Below, one piece after another: positions 9,167 through 18,438 of a stretch of 64,000 nucleotides of DNA. The stretch covers positions 32,001 to 96,000 of the forward strand of contig JBBFKZ010000001.1 in assembly GCA_037481775.1 (NCBI GenBank), read 5' to 3'. The position numbers were made by a program, and so were the translations under genes. Numbering within the stretch: the stretch's first letter is position 1; every line of letters begins with the position of its first letter. This DNA comes from Candidatus Bathyarchaeia archaeon. GTDB lineage: Archaea; Thermoproteota; Bathyarchaeia; Bathyarchaeales; Bathycorpusculaceae. Below the pieces are notes generated by a model, which was given only the letters and a program-made list of their open reading frames with translations, was not told the origin of the DNA and searched no databases.

Positions 9167-9245
9167 TGGTGGGGTAGCTGGGATTTGAACCCAGGATCGC
9201 CAACGCCCCAGGCTGGTATCCTAAACCAAGCTAGACGACTACCCC
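9167..9245 (-). tRNA. tRNA-Pro(GGG), CCA encoded, no intron
   Basis: Acceptor stem GGGGTAG/CTACCCC, anticodon arm CCAGC-CTGGGGC-GTTGG, T arm CTGGG-TTCAAAT-CCCAG, 3' ACCA. Confidence 0.97.
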
Positions 9246-9396
9246 GCTACTGGAAGGTAAAATTATTACGCCACTAATAAAACTTAAAGGTTCTGCGACG
9301 GCAAAGCGCTCCGATAAAAGTTTCTGGCAAGCGAACTGGTAATTCTGATTTTGAATTCATAAATGATATGCATCAAGTTACGCCTAAACGTTCGCT

Positions 9397-9804
9397 ATGC
9401 CTCCTCTTAACGCAAAAAAAGCTCTGCTGGCATCCTTTTCCAACGTGACTTTGCTATGCATAGCGGTTGCGGTTTCTTTAGCCACCTTGGCTTGGATAAA
9501 CGGCTTGCCAACAGCTAATCTGTTCCGTGAGAATCTGCAAGTTACGGATTATCTATGGGGCACAAACTATGCATACGTTGACGTTATATTATGCAACAAT
9601 GGCACGCAAAGTGTGTCGCTGAGAAATGTGAAAGTAAACGCGCAGCCCGCCTCGGTGGTTTATATCGCTGGATCAAGCCAAATTCGAGCAGGCGAATCAG
9701 TTGTTCTGCGAGTAGCCACTGCTTCTGCTCCAGCAATAACGTGTCAAATAGCTTTTCAGACAACGAAAGGCAACCTGTTTGTTTTCACAGTCACCGCAGA
9801 ATAA
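9397..9804 (+). CDS. Pilin/archaellin-like small exported protein
   Basis: Basic KKA followed by a hydrophobic helix ending in LAW. Beta-rich domain with NNGT and TTKGN motifs typical of TACK pilin-like proteins. Class III signal is degenerate. Confidence 0.55.
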   Translation: MPPLNAKKALLASFSNVTLLCIAVAVSLATLAWINGLPTANLFRENLQVTDYLWGTNYAYVDVILCNNGTQSVSLRNVKVNAQPASVVYIAGSSQIRAGESVVLRVATASAPAITCQIAFQTTKGNLFVFTVTAE

Positions 9805-9922
9805 CAAGCCATTTACCTTCAAAATAACCACGGTAACAGCCGTTGAGCCTTTAAGCAAATCTGCGTAAGTAATTCTTAATTACTTCATGTGTGTCTCATA
9901 GCACTGAACGGAGGAATCGACT

Positions 9923-10990
9923 ATGGTGGAATTAGACTTTGGTGGCATAAAAGAATACGTTGTCACAAGGCAAGAGTTTCCAGTAGAAAAAGCCCGAGAA
10001 ATATTGAAAGACGAAATTGTCGTTTCACTTGGATATGGCATTCAAGGCCGCGCTCAATCGTTAAACATGCGTGACAATGGCATAAAGGTGATTATTGGGC
10101 AGGAAAGCACAGGCGTGCATAAAGCATACTACGACTTGGCAGTTCAGGATGGCTGGTTGCCGGGAGAAAACTTGCTCCCCATGGAGGAAGCGGCAAAACG
10201 TGGAACAATCAAGATGTACCTGTTAACCGATGCGGGCCAGCGGGAAATGTGGCCTGTCATCAAGAGAACATTGAAAGAAGGCGACGCGCTTTACTTTTCA
10301 CATGGCTTCTCAATAGTTTACAAGGAGCAAACAGGAGTCATTCCGCCTAAGAATATAGATGTAATATTAGTTGCGCCGAAGGGATCAGGAACATCTGTTA
10401 GACGCAATTTCTTAGATGGAAGCGGCATAAACAGCAGTTACGCCGTTTACCAAGATTATACGGGCAGAGCAGAAGATCGCGCTAAAGCCATCGGCATAGC
10501 CATCGGCTCAGGATACCTTTTCCCTACCACGTTCGAGAAAGAAGTTTACAGCGACTTGACTGGTGAACGTGGTGTTTTGATGGGCGCGTTAGCTGGAATA
10601 ATGGAAGCACAATACTACACGCTAAGAAAGCATGGACATAGCCCAAGTGAAGCCTTCAACGAAACCGTGGAGGAACTTACACAGAGCCTTATACGCCTAG
10701 TTGACGAGAACGGCATGGACTGGATGTACGCCAACTGCAGCGAAACTGCACGCATCGGCGCACTACGATGGAAGGAAAGATTCCGCGATTGCACTAAGCC
10801 ATTGTTTGAATCGCTTTACGAGCTTGTAGCCTCAGGCGAAGAGACAAGAATTGTTCTTGAAAAAAGCCAAGCCCCAGATTACAGGCAGAAACTTGCCGAA
10901 GAATTGGCAGCGATGGGTAATTCTGAGATGTGGCGTGCAGGCGCAACAGTGCGCTCGTTGAGACCGAAAAAGCCTAAGCCACAAGAGTAA
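9923..10990 (+). CDS. ilvC: Ketol-acid reductoisomerase
   Basis: GYGIQG Rossmann motif, FSHGF, APKGSG, SDLTGERGVLMG and AFNETVEE. Confidence 0.96.
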   Translation: MVELDFGGIKEYVVTRQEFPVEKAREILKDEIVVSLGYGIQGRAQSLNMRDNGIKVIIGQESTGVHKAYYDLAVQDGWLPGENLLPMEEAAKRGTIKMYLLTDAGQREMWPVIKRTLKEGDALYFSHGFSIVYKEQTGVIPPKNIDVILVAPKGSGTSVRRNFLDGSGINSSYAVYQDYTGRAEDRAKAIGIAIGSGYLFPTTFEKEVYSDLTGERGVLMGALAGIMEAQYYTLRKHGHSPSEAFNETVEELTQSLIRLVDENGMDWMYANCSETARIGALRWKERFRDCTKPLFESLYELVASGEETRIVLEKSQAPDYRQKLAEELAAMGNSEMWRAGATVRSLRPKKPKPQE

Positions 10991-10996
10991 AACATC

Positions 10997-11020
10997 ATTT
11001 TCTTTTTTTATCCCCCTTTT
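10997..11020 (+). terminator. Oligo-T archaeal terminator after ilvC
   Basis: ATTTTCTTTTTTTATCCCCCTTTT immediately after the stop codon. Confidence 0.45.
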
Positions 11021-11117
11021 GTGAAGTGCTACTGCCAAGTTTTAACTGTATTAAAGGATTATTTTAATCAACTATTCTTTACAGATGCTAAAAGCTGAGC
11101 TTAAAAGAGAAAAACAG

Positions 11118-11312
11118 TTAGAGCTCTTTTATTTCACATTTAAGCTTTTTAATAATTTCCTCTGCTTTTAGAGGCTCCACCCTCAGAGTGTAAAGCTTAC
11201 TTGGTGTGCGGAGTTTAAGCTTCACAGCATCCTTAAGCCGTTTAACGGCGCAATATTTTGCTTTGGCACTCATCGCCACAAATTTTTCTGCATCGGAGAT
11301 TTCGGCGGGCAT
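11118..11312 (-). CDS. rpl38e: 50S ribosomal protein L38e (eL38)
   Basis: MPxEI.D..KF...VKLKLRT..KLYTL...AE.I pattern of eL38. Confidence 0.85.
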   Translation of the reverse strand: MPAEISDAEKFVAMSAKAKYCAVKRLKDAVKLKLRTPSKLYTLRVEPLKAEEIIKKLKCEIKEL

Positions 11313-11454
11313 ATGCTAACCTCACATCAGACGCTTTCATGGAAAGCTAAGCGACTTTTATCTGTTTTGGTATCAAATAGTTATTTCAGCAAAATAGCGC
11401 ACACAGCGTTAATAGGGGCAATTATAAGGCAAAGTTAATCCGAAAACTGGCTTT

Positions 11455-11889
11455 TCACCTTTTTATTTTTCCGACCTCTAATGTTTCATAAGATTTTTTG
11501 ATTTTCCGAATTGGCACTTCACGGTTCACATAAAGCGTGTCTTTAACGAAAAGTACAGAGGTCGGGGTTAAACCGCGAATTCTTGCGTTTTGATAGGCAA
11601 AGATAATGTTGCCGCCTAAATCAATGATGCAGCTGTCATCGTTAGCTTCAACCCAACATTTATAGACCCATATGGTGCAAGCATCATCAGCTTCAACTAT
11701 GCAGCCGACTAAATGCCTTTCTTCTTTTCCTTTGACAATAATCCGTGGAATTTTCGGGTTAGCCTTTACGCGCTCTTTCGAGACGAAACAGGCGCCATGC
11801 CACAAAACTCCACGCTCGTCAACTACCGCATAGTTTTTTTCATCGTTTAGGATAGGTTTTCCGCATGGGCATACATCAGTTTTATCCAT
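11455..11889 (-). CDS. Hypothetical protein with an N-terminal LIM-like zinc finger
   Basis: MDKTDVCPCGKPI-x-WHGACF. ATG at 11889 with an AGGA RBS is preferred over 11955. Confidence 0.6.
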   Translation of the reverse strand: MDKTDVCPCGKPILNDEKNYAVVDERGVLWHGACFVSKERVKANPKIPRIIVKGKEERHLVGCIVEADDACTIWVYKCWVEANDDSCIIDLGGNIIFAYQNARIRGLTPTSVLFVKDTLYVNREVPIRKIKKSYETLEVGKIKR

Positions 11890-12137
11890 ACGGACTAATC
11901 CTTTCAAAGTGTTTTTACGTATGAGACTCAAATTTTGTTTTAAACTTGCAGACAAAGGTTAAATGGATTTTTCAGAATTGCTTCACATTTACACCCAAAT
12001 TTTAGTCTCTTTCAAATAATCCAAAGCTCGTCTTTTGAGGTCTTGTCAGTTGCATTGTTAGTTTAAACTTCAAGCTGAGCAAAACTGCCTTGAACTTGCC
12101 AATGAAATGGCGTGGATTTAAAAAGCAATTATGTTAA

Positions 12138-13367
12138 CTATGGTCTTGCAGCCAACTTAAGCGGCACAGTCAAACTTTGGCTACCGCGAACTATTATGAC
12201 GTTAATGGTTTCACCTGGCAAAGTATATTCCTCTAAGAAGGTTGAAAGATCATCTATACCCCTGATTCTCGTCCCGTTTATTGCTACTATTATGTCGCCT
12301 CCAATCGTCACGTATTCACCAGCAACTGAAACGATGCGCGTTCCACCATGCAAGCCTGCTTCGGCAGCGGGGCCTGTGCTTGCAACCTGGGCAATCAGCC
12401 AACCATATGTCACGTCAACGCCCATCACCTTCGCTATTTCATAAGTCATATCAGTTCCTGAAGCACCAATCCATGAATGGTTATTGTAAGAGCCAGTCTC
12501 AACCAGAGAATCAAGTTCGCGGAGCACCGTACTTGAGGGAATCGCGAAGCCTAATCCTTCAGAATCACTTAAAATGGCAGTGGTTATGCCGACTACTTGG
12601 CCTTGATAGTTTAGAAGCGGCCCGCCTGAATTACCAGGATTTATGGGCGCAGTCATCTGTATTACGTTTGCTATGGGATAACCACCAGACATTTCTTCAG
12701 TAATCGTTCTACCTAACGCGCTAACTATGCCGGTGCTCATAGAACCCGCTAGCCCATAAGGGTTGCCGACGGCTATTACTGGGTCGCCAACATTTAATGA
12801 CGCTGAACTGACAATCGTTAAAGGTTTGCATTCGCTTTCTGGCGCGCTTGTCAGAAGCACTGCTAGATCAGCGTAAGGATCAGATCCGATGACGGTGGCG
12901 TTATAACTGTTGCCGTTTATGAAAGTTACAGTGATATTAATCGCGTCTTGGACTACATGATAATTTGTAATGACGATTATCTGTCCTGAATGATTGTAGA
13001 TGAAGCCGGAGCCTTGAACTTGCGAGTAATAGGCATGACGGAAAATGTCATACTGCACCAGCAACCCGCGAATTACAACAACTGAATCCCGCACTTCAGT
13101 GTATAATCTCGAAAGCGATGTGTTCTCGCCAATTATGAAAGTGTTACCCCCGCTTGTCGTGTTTGATATGTCGAGAGAAGTTGAGATTTGCCTTTGAAGT
13201 GCCGAGACTTGATTTTGCAGATCATTTATGCTTGGAGACAGAATCAAGTTACTTAATGCACAGCCAAGTAAGCCGCCAGCTAAAAGGCTGCTGATTATGA
13301 TAACGGCAATAATCTTCGTGGAATAACGGGGTGTTTCAGTTTTCTGTTCAGTCGACATCGTCATCAT
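12138..13367 (-). CDS. Membrane-anchored HtrA/DegP-like serine protease with PDZ domain
   Basis: TNYHVV, DLAVL and GNSGGPL triad motifs, C-terminal PDZ (GPAAEAGL...GDIIVAING), N-terminal TM and a short coiled coil. Confidence 0.93.
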   Translation of the reverse strand: MMTMSTEQKTETPRYSTKIIAVIIISSLLAGGLLGCALSNLILSPSINDLQNQVSALQRQISTSLDISNTTSGGNTFIIGENTSLSRLYTEVRDSVVVIRGLLVQYDIFRHAYYSQVQGSGFIYNHSGQIIVITNYHVVQDAINITVTFINGNSYNATVIGSDPYADLAVLLTSAPESECKPLTIVSSASLNVGDPVIAVGNPYGLAGSMSTGIVSALGRTITEEMSGGYPIANVIQMTAPINPGNSGGPLLNYQGQVVGITTAILSDSEGLGFAIPSSTVLRELDSLVETGSYNNHSWIGASGTDMTYEIAKVMGVDVTYGWLIAQVASTGPAAEAGLHGGTRIVSVAGEYVTIGGDIIVAINGTRIRGIDDLSTFLEEYTLPGETINVIIVRGSQSLTVPLKLAARP

Positions 13368-14157
13368 CTTGATACTTCAGTTTTTTCCTACAAGAGGGAC
13401 ATACGGTATCGCCAGCTTGAATTTTGCCGCCGCAGAAAGGGCACATAAGCTTCTTTTTCACTAAATGGAGACCTTGCTTCTCCTTTGTTATTTTTCCATC
13501 ATTCAAAAATAGCAACCGTTCAGTTTGAGAAGCCACGTGACTATCATGCGTCACCATTATGATGGTTGTTCCTTGATTAATATTGAGATTAGCAAGCAGC
13601 CTAACAATTTCATATTTGTTCTTGGCATCCAAATTTCCCGTGGGCTCATCCGCAAGAATCAAAGCAGGATTATTCGCCAATGCCCGTGCAATTGCTACTC
13701 GCTGTTGTTCACCAGCACTGAGACGCTGTGGCCTATGATCCTCTCTTCCAGAAAGACCAACCATCGCCAAAAGCTCACTAGCCCGCCGTTTTCTTTCATC
13801 TTTAGGCACTTTCAGGCTTTCCATAGGCAACTCCACATTTTCCCGCGCATTCAAATAAGGTAGCAAATTGAAAGTTTGGAAAACAAAGCCAATCTTGCTA
13901 CCGCGTATTTTGTAAAGCTCCTTCTCTGGCAAACGTGTAACGTCAATACCGTCAAGCAGAATGCGTCCTGCAGTGGGCTTGTCAAGACAGCCCAGGATGT
14001 TCAGCAGTGTCGTCTTTCCTGAGCCAGATGGTCCCATAACTGCAACAAACTCGCCTTTATTCACCTGGAGATTCACGTTGGAAAGAGCATGCACGCTGCG
14101 TTTGCCTAGCAGGTAAGTTTTGGATAAATTTTCAAGTTTTAATACCGCTTCATTCAT
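13348..14157 (-). CDS. MacB/LolD/FtsE-type ABC ATPase with C-terminal double zinc ribbon
   Basis: [25 protein letters not shown] and VTHD, plus CPFC...CPSC. Confidence 0.93.
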   Translation of the reverse strand: MNEAVLKLENLSKTYLLGKRSVHALSNVNLQVNKGEFVAVMGPSGSGKTTLLNILGCLDKPTAGRILLDGIDVTRLPEKELYKIRGSKIGFVFQTFNLLPYLNARENVELPMESLKVPKDERKRRASELLAMVGLSGREDHRPQRLSAGEQQRVAIARALANNPALILADEPTGNLDAKNKYEIVRLLANLNINQGTTIIMVTHDSHVASQTERLLFLNDGKITKEKQGLHLVKKKLMCPFCGGKIQAGDTVCPSCRKKLKYQDDDDVD

Positions 14158-15592
14158 ATCTCATTGCCTCCGCAGGTCTTGTTCTCGCTGCACGCCACGC
14201 GGGATATAAACTACCTAATGCGCCTAGAAGCACTGATGCGCCGAGTGCCATCATCACCAGTTCAGGAGTCAATGTTATCGACACTGTTCCAGTTGGCGCT
14301 GTTGCTGAGGTAACACCGCGACCGAGATTAACTTGTTGTGTTACGGTGGGAAGCAATAGTCCGGAGAGCGTCGGTGCAGCATAACTGGCTATTGCAATTC
14401 CAGCTATGCTCGCTGCCAGACTTAATAGTATACCTTCAAGCATGAACTGTTTCATCACGGTCCAGTTACTGAAGCCTATAGCCTTAAGCGTGCCAATCTC
14501 GCGTGTTCTTTCACGCACAGTGTACAGCATCAGGAACAGAACTATCAAGCTTGCCGCTGCGACTGCCACAATTGTGACTTGAATTGCAGTGCTTTGAGTT
14601 TGCGCAAGAGTTGATTCAGCATTAGCTAAAGCTGTCTCGTAATTTGCTCGCACAGCCTCAAGCTGCTGTAGGCGCTGTTGGCCAGTGACCACAGTGAGCT
14701 CTGGGTGTAATTCGCTTATAGCACTCGCAACCTCATTTACAATGTCGCTGGATTCAGCGAACACCGTTAACCCTGTTATGTACCCAACATTATTGGTCAA
14801 TGATTGCGCGTCAGACAAGTTCATGTATAATGTCAACTGGTCTTCAACGCCAGTGGACCCATGAATGCCTACAACCAGAAAAGTTTGCCCCAGAATTTCA
14901 ATTGTATCGCCAACTCCAGCACCGAAAAACGCCGAGTTGTTAGCGCTTATGAGAACGACACCGCTGTCTCCTGCCTGCAGATTTCGCCCAGCAGTGATAT
15001 TCGTTGGCAAAATTGGACAGTTCTCGATGATTGGAGAGGTTAAGGGAACACCTTCAATCACATAATCCACAATAAGTCGCGTGAAACTTCGCCCGAACCT
15101 CTCTATAGTTTGGTTGGTTCCTTGCGACACCGTTAACGTCGGCACAACCGCAGCAACACCATCAATTGAGCTAACGTCATAATAGAGACTTTCATTCATT
15201 GGAGTATTTCCTCGGCTACCGAATTGGCCGCCACCAAATTGGCCAGGGATGTTGCCTCCGCCAAACGGGCCAGATGAAGTAAAGTTACCACCGCTAGGAG
15301 GCTGAGGCATAGTGCCTAAACCGCCAGAGCCTAGTGATGCAAACCCAAACCCTTCAAAACTTGAGGCCAACGTACATTCTATTTGGGTCAATGTCTGGTT
15401 AATTGTTGCTTCCGTCTGCGTGATAATGTTTCCGAGATTCTGAGTTAAGAGCATTGTAGATTCCTGATTCGCGGTTACACCCGCGGGAATGGAAACCATA
15501 ATTGCCATGCAAAAACCCAAGGCAATAATCACTAACAAAGCGCGGATTTTGCGCCGTGAGATGTTTCGAATAGCTCTTGATAGGACACCCAA
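14150..15592 (-). CDS. MacB/FtsX-family ABC permease
   Basis: One TM, a large extracellular domain, then three TM. ERTREIGTLKAIG and [16 protein letters not shown] motifs. Confidence 0.92.
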   Translation of the reverse strand: MGVLSRAIRNISRRKIRALLVIIALGFCMAIMVSIPAGVTANQESTMLLTQNLGNIITQTEATINQTLTQIECTLASSFEGFGFASLGSGGLGTMPQPPSGGNFTSSGPFGGGNIPGQFGGGQFGSRGNTPMNESLYYDVSSIDGVAAVVPTLTVSQGTNQTIERFGRSFTRLIVDYVIEGVPLTSPIIENCPILPTNITAGRNLQAGDSGVVLISANNSAFFGAGVGDTIEILGQTFLVVGIHGSTGVEDQLTLYMNLSDAQSLTNNVGYITGLTVFAESSDIVNEVASAISELHPELTVVTGQQRLQQLEAVRANYETALANAESTLAQTQSTAIQVTIVAVAAASLIVLFLMLYTVRERTREIGTLKAIGFSNWTVMKQFMLEGILLSLAASIAGIAIASYAAPTLSGLLLPTVTQQVNLGRGVTSATAPTGTVSITLTPELVMMALGASVLLGALGSLYPAWRAARTRPAEAMRYE

Positions 15593-16001
15593 CTATTTCA
15601 CCCGCCAAGCTATTTCAGAAAAAAGGCAACCAAAAAGAGGGATGTTAAAAAACGGTAAGTGGAGTGCTGCTTTGCTTGATGGCACAGGCTTTGCCCGCAA
15701 TTCCAGATTTACTTGTGTCAGTTAATCATTCCCCCTTTTCGGTTGCCGAAAGTTGTTGTAAAAATAGAGCATTAAACTGTTTTTCAGAATCATTTCCTAA
15801 TCTCTACAGAATTTTACAATTTTCAATAATAATATAGCATGGAAATAAATTCTGAGACAAATTTGGAAAAATCATTAAATAACTATTCGCAGCATTTTTA
15901 ATGCTGTAAAGGCAGCAGATAAGGCTGCAAAAAAGCAACAAGCAAATTCCCTATTGTTCATTTGCTTGTTGATAAACACAATATTTAGGCTGGTAGCTAC
16001 C

Positions 16002-17042
16002 TTGGAGCTTCCAAAAGAACAGAAAAGAACAATTTCGCTCCTTCTCGTAGTAGTGATTGCAGCGGCAAGTCTCGCTACAGGCGGATTTATAGGCTATTGG
16101 GCAGGCAATACAGCTACCGCGAACAGAATTGATACGCTACAGAAGCAGTTAGCAGCAATTCAGGAACAGATTGATAATCTTCAAGCAAAATCAGAAACAG
16201 CCAGTCAGAATCAGAGTAGTATTTTGGAAACAATTAACGTACTTCAAAGCCAACTTTCGGAGATTAACAACCAAATCAGCAATCTTCAAGCAATTAACGT
16301 GACCAGCCAAGACATCGATGAAATTATGGAAGAAATCAGTAACCTCAGAAGCCAGCTGGTGGCCTTAAAATCACAAATTAACGATTTTGAGTCAACGACG
16401 AATATAATTTACATGTTAGGAGAAAATGTTTCACTTTCCCAACTCTTTGAGCAGGTGCGGGAGTCAGTTGTTGTGGTTAAAGGATTAAGACGCACCATTT
16501 TATGGTATGGCATTGTTTATTCACAGGTGCAGGGTTCAGGTTTTGTCTATAACTATTCGGGGCAACTGGTTATCTTGACAAATAATCACGTAATTGAAAA
16601 TGCAATAAATATAACGGTAACACTTACCAATGGCAAAATGTACTCAGCCACGGTTAAAGGTTCTAACCCAAACACAGATGTTGCAGTACTTACCTTGAGC
16701 GCGCCGCAAAGCGAGTTGAAACCTCTGGTTATGGTTAGTTCATCAACTCTAAAAGTAGGAGATCCCGTGATAGTGGTTGGTACACCATATGGCCTAGAAG
16801 GTTCGATGAGCAATGGCATAGTAAGCGCCTTGAACCGCACCATAACCACAGAGTCCTCTACTTTGACCAATATTATACAAACGACGGCGCCGTTAAATCC
16901 TGGTAATTCAGGCGGGCCGCTTCTAAACTATCAAGGCCAAGTAGTCGGCATGGCTACAGCCATAGTTGAAGATTCGCAGGGTATAGGGTTTGCAATACCT
17001 TCGGACACAATCTTGCAAGATGTTAGGAGAATTATGAGCTAA
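16002..17042 (+). CDS. HtrA-like trypsin protease with long coiled-coil stalk and no PDZ
   Basis: TNNHV, DVAVL and GNSGGPL motifs, with about 100 aa of heptad-rich sequence after the TM. The ORF ends right after the protease domain. Probable TTG start at 16002 (ORF open from 15954). Confidence 0.9.
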   Translation: MELPKEQKRTISLLLVVVIAAASLATGGFIGYWAGNTATANRIDTLQKQLAAIQEQIDNLQAKSETASQNQSSILETINVLQSQLSEINNQISNLQAINVTSQDIDEIMEEISNLRSQLVALKSQINDFESTTNIIYMLGENVSLSQLFEQVRESVVVVKGLRRTILWYGIVYSQVQGSGFVYNYSGQLVILTNNHVIENAINITVTLTNGKMYSATVKGSNPNTDVAVLTLSAPQSELKPLVMVSSSTLKVGDPVIVVGTPYGLEGSMSNGIVSALNRTITTESSTLTNIIQTTAPLNPGNSGGPLLNYQGQVVGMATAIVEDSQGIGFAIPSDTILQDVRRIMS

Positions 17043-17208
17043 ACTAAGCAGCCGCTTATTCGCGTTCAGGCAAAAAGGCTGCTGAAATAAAAAAAGTGCA
17101 ATAAGCGTTCTCGAGTTCAACCGTGTGCACTTTAAGGTGGCTATAAACTATATTTACTGCTTGCTACATTCATTTTGACCAAAAATCGCGCTAAAGGGAA
17201 GAGGTTCA

Positions 17209-17523
17209 GTGTCTGCTAGTACACGCGGCTTAAAATATGTGTTGGGTTGGCTTATAGCAGGCACTCGCGGCGGTGTAACTCGCGCCAAGATAATTGAGGC
17301 GCTACGGCAAGCTCCGCAGAATGCAAATCAATTAGCCTCTTTGCTAGAGCTGGATTATCGAACGATAAGGCATCACTTGAATGTTCTTCAGAAGAATAGG
17401 CTTATCACAACTGCCGGAGAAGGATATGGCACAACCTATTTTCTTTCCACGCTCTTAGAGGAAAATTACGATTTGTTTGAGGAGATAGTGAATAAAATTT
17501 GGAAAAAGGAAAAAAGGAAGTAA
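17209..17523 (+). CDS. ArsR-like winged-helix transcriptional regulator
   Basis: WLIAGTRGG..RAKII..L...PQNANQLA..LELDYRTIRHHL pattern of a widespread archaeal wHTH family. Confidence 0.88.
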   Translation: MSASTRGLKYVLGWLIAGTRGGVTRAKIIEALRQAPQNANQLASLLELDYRTIRHHLNVLQKNRLITTAGEGYGTTYFLSTLLEENYDLFEEIVNKIWKKEKRK

Positions 17524-17528
17524 TGTAG

Positions 17529-17987
17529 ATGAAAACGTGTATGAATGATAAAATAAAATTTGGTTTAACGATTGTTCTGATAGCAATGGTGGGACTCCTT
17601 GCAGCAGCATGGGCTATCGCGGTTGAAAAAGCAGCACCTTTACTGGAACCCAGACCGTTCCCACCACCTTATCTGGGCAGTACTAGTTTTAGAGGCGACT
17701 TGGAGGTCTTTTACATAGCCAAAACAGTCATTTCTTCCATGAACTTGACGATGGTAACCATCTTGCTGGGAACCTATATTAGTCTATATAGAAAAACCAA
17801 ATCAGAATTTGTCATTGGACTAATAGTGTTCACATTGGTTTTGCTGTTCTACACTGTTGTTTCTAACCCAATTGTCATATACCTCGCGGGTTTCCGCGCT
17901 TTTGGCTTAGGACCGTTTGCAATGCTACCTGACTTGTTCACGCTAATAGCGTTAGGAATATTGCTCTACCTAACTTTGAAATACTAA
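17529..17987 (+). CDS. Small multi-pass membrane protein coupled to the wHTH gene
   Basis: About four hydrophobic helices, starting 5 bp after the regulator. Confidence 0.75.
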   Translation: MKTCMNDKIKFGLTIVLIAMVGLLAAAWAIAVEKAAPLLEPRPFPPPYLGSTSFRGDLEVFYIAKTVISSMNLTMVTILLGTYISLYRKTKSEFVIGLIVFTLVLLFYTVVSNPIVIYLAGFRAFGLGPFAMLPDLFTLIALGILLYLTLKY

Positions 17988-18107
17988 AAGCGGCTGATAC
18001 CACGTGAAAAAGTCAATCTAAATTTAAACGTGACCGCAAAGCTAGCGGGAAATGAAACAATTTTAAATGCGAAAAGGCATAAAAAAATAAACAGCGAGGA
18101 AACTGCA

Positions 18108-18317
18108 ATGAGTGAAAATAACGTTTTGGTTTCAATAACTGCAAGCAGAGAAAAAGACGAAATCGTTTACCGCGTAGAATGCGCCAGCAATCTAACAGAA
18201 GAGGAATTCGAGTATTACCTAAGCGAAATAATCAAGGGCTTATGCAAGTGGAAAAAGACCGTTTGCGAAGACAGCATCAGAAACTTCAGCGGAAAAATTA
18301 AGGCAAAGAAAAAATAA
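18108..18317 (+). CDS. Hypothetical protein
   Basis: ATG at 18108 with a GAGG RBS. No recognisable motif. Confidence 0.5.
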   Translation: MSENNVLVSITASREKDEIVYRVECASNLTEEEFEYYLSEIIKGLCKWKKTVCEDSIRNFSGKIKAKKK

Positions 18318-18438
18318 GAACGCTTGGCAGTTGAATATAGATGAGGGCAACGGATATCGCCCTAACGCAGATAATGGAGCATACTGAAAGCACGTAAGAA
18401 TCTACGATAGAGCTTGATTAACGGAGCAAAATAAAAAA

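Noticed and set aside
18340-18390. GGGCAACGGATATCGCCCTAACGC...TAATG resembles a fluoride riboswitch (or a C/D sRNA with CTGA)
   Set aside because: The conserved GAUG is replaced, there is no P2 hairpin, no pseudoknot partner for GGATATC follows TAATG, and the downstream gene is not fluoride-related. Box C is also imperfect. An Infernal search would settle it.
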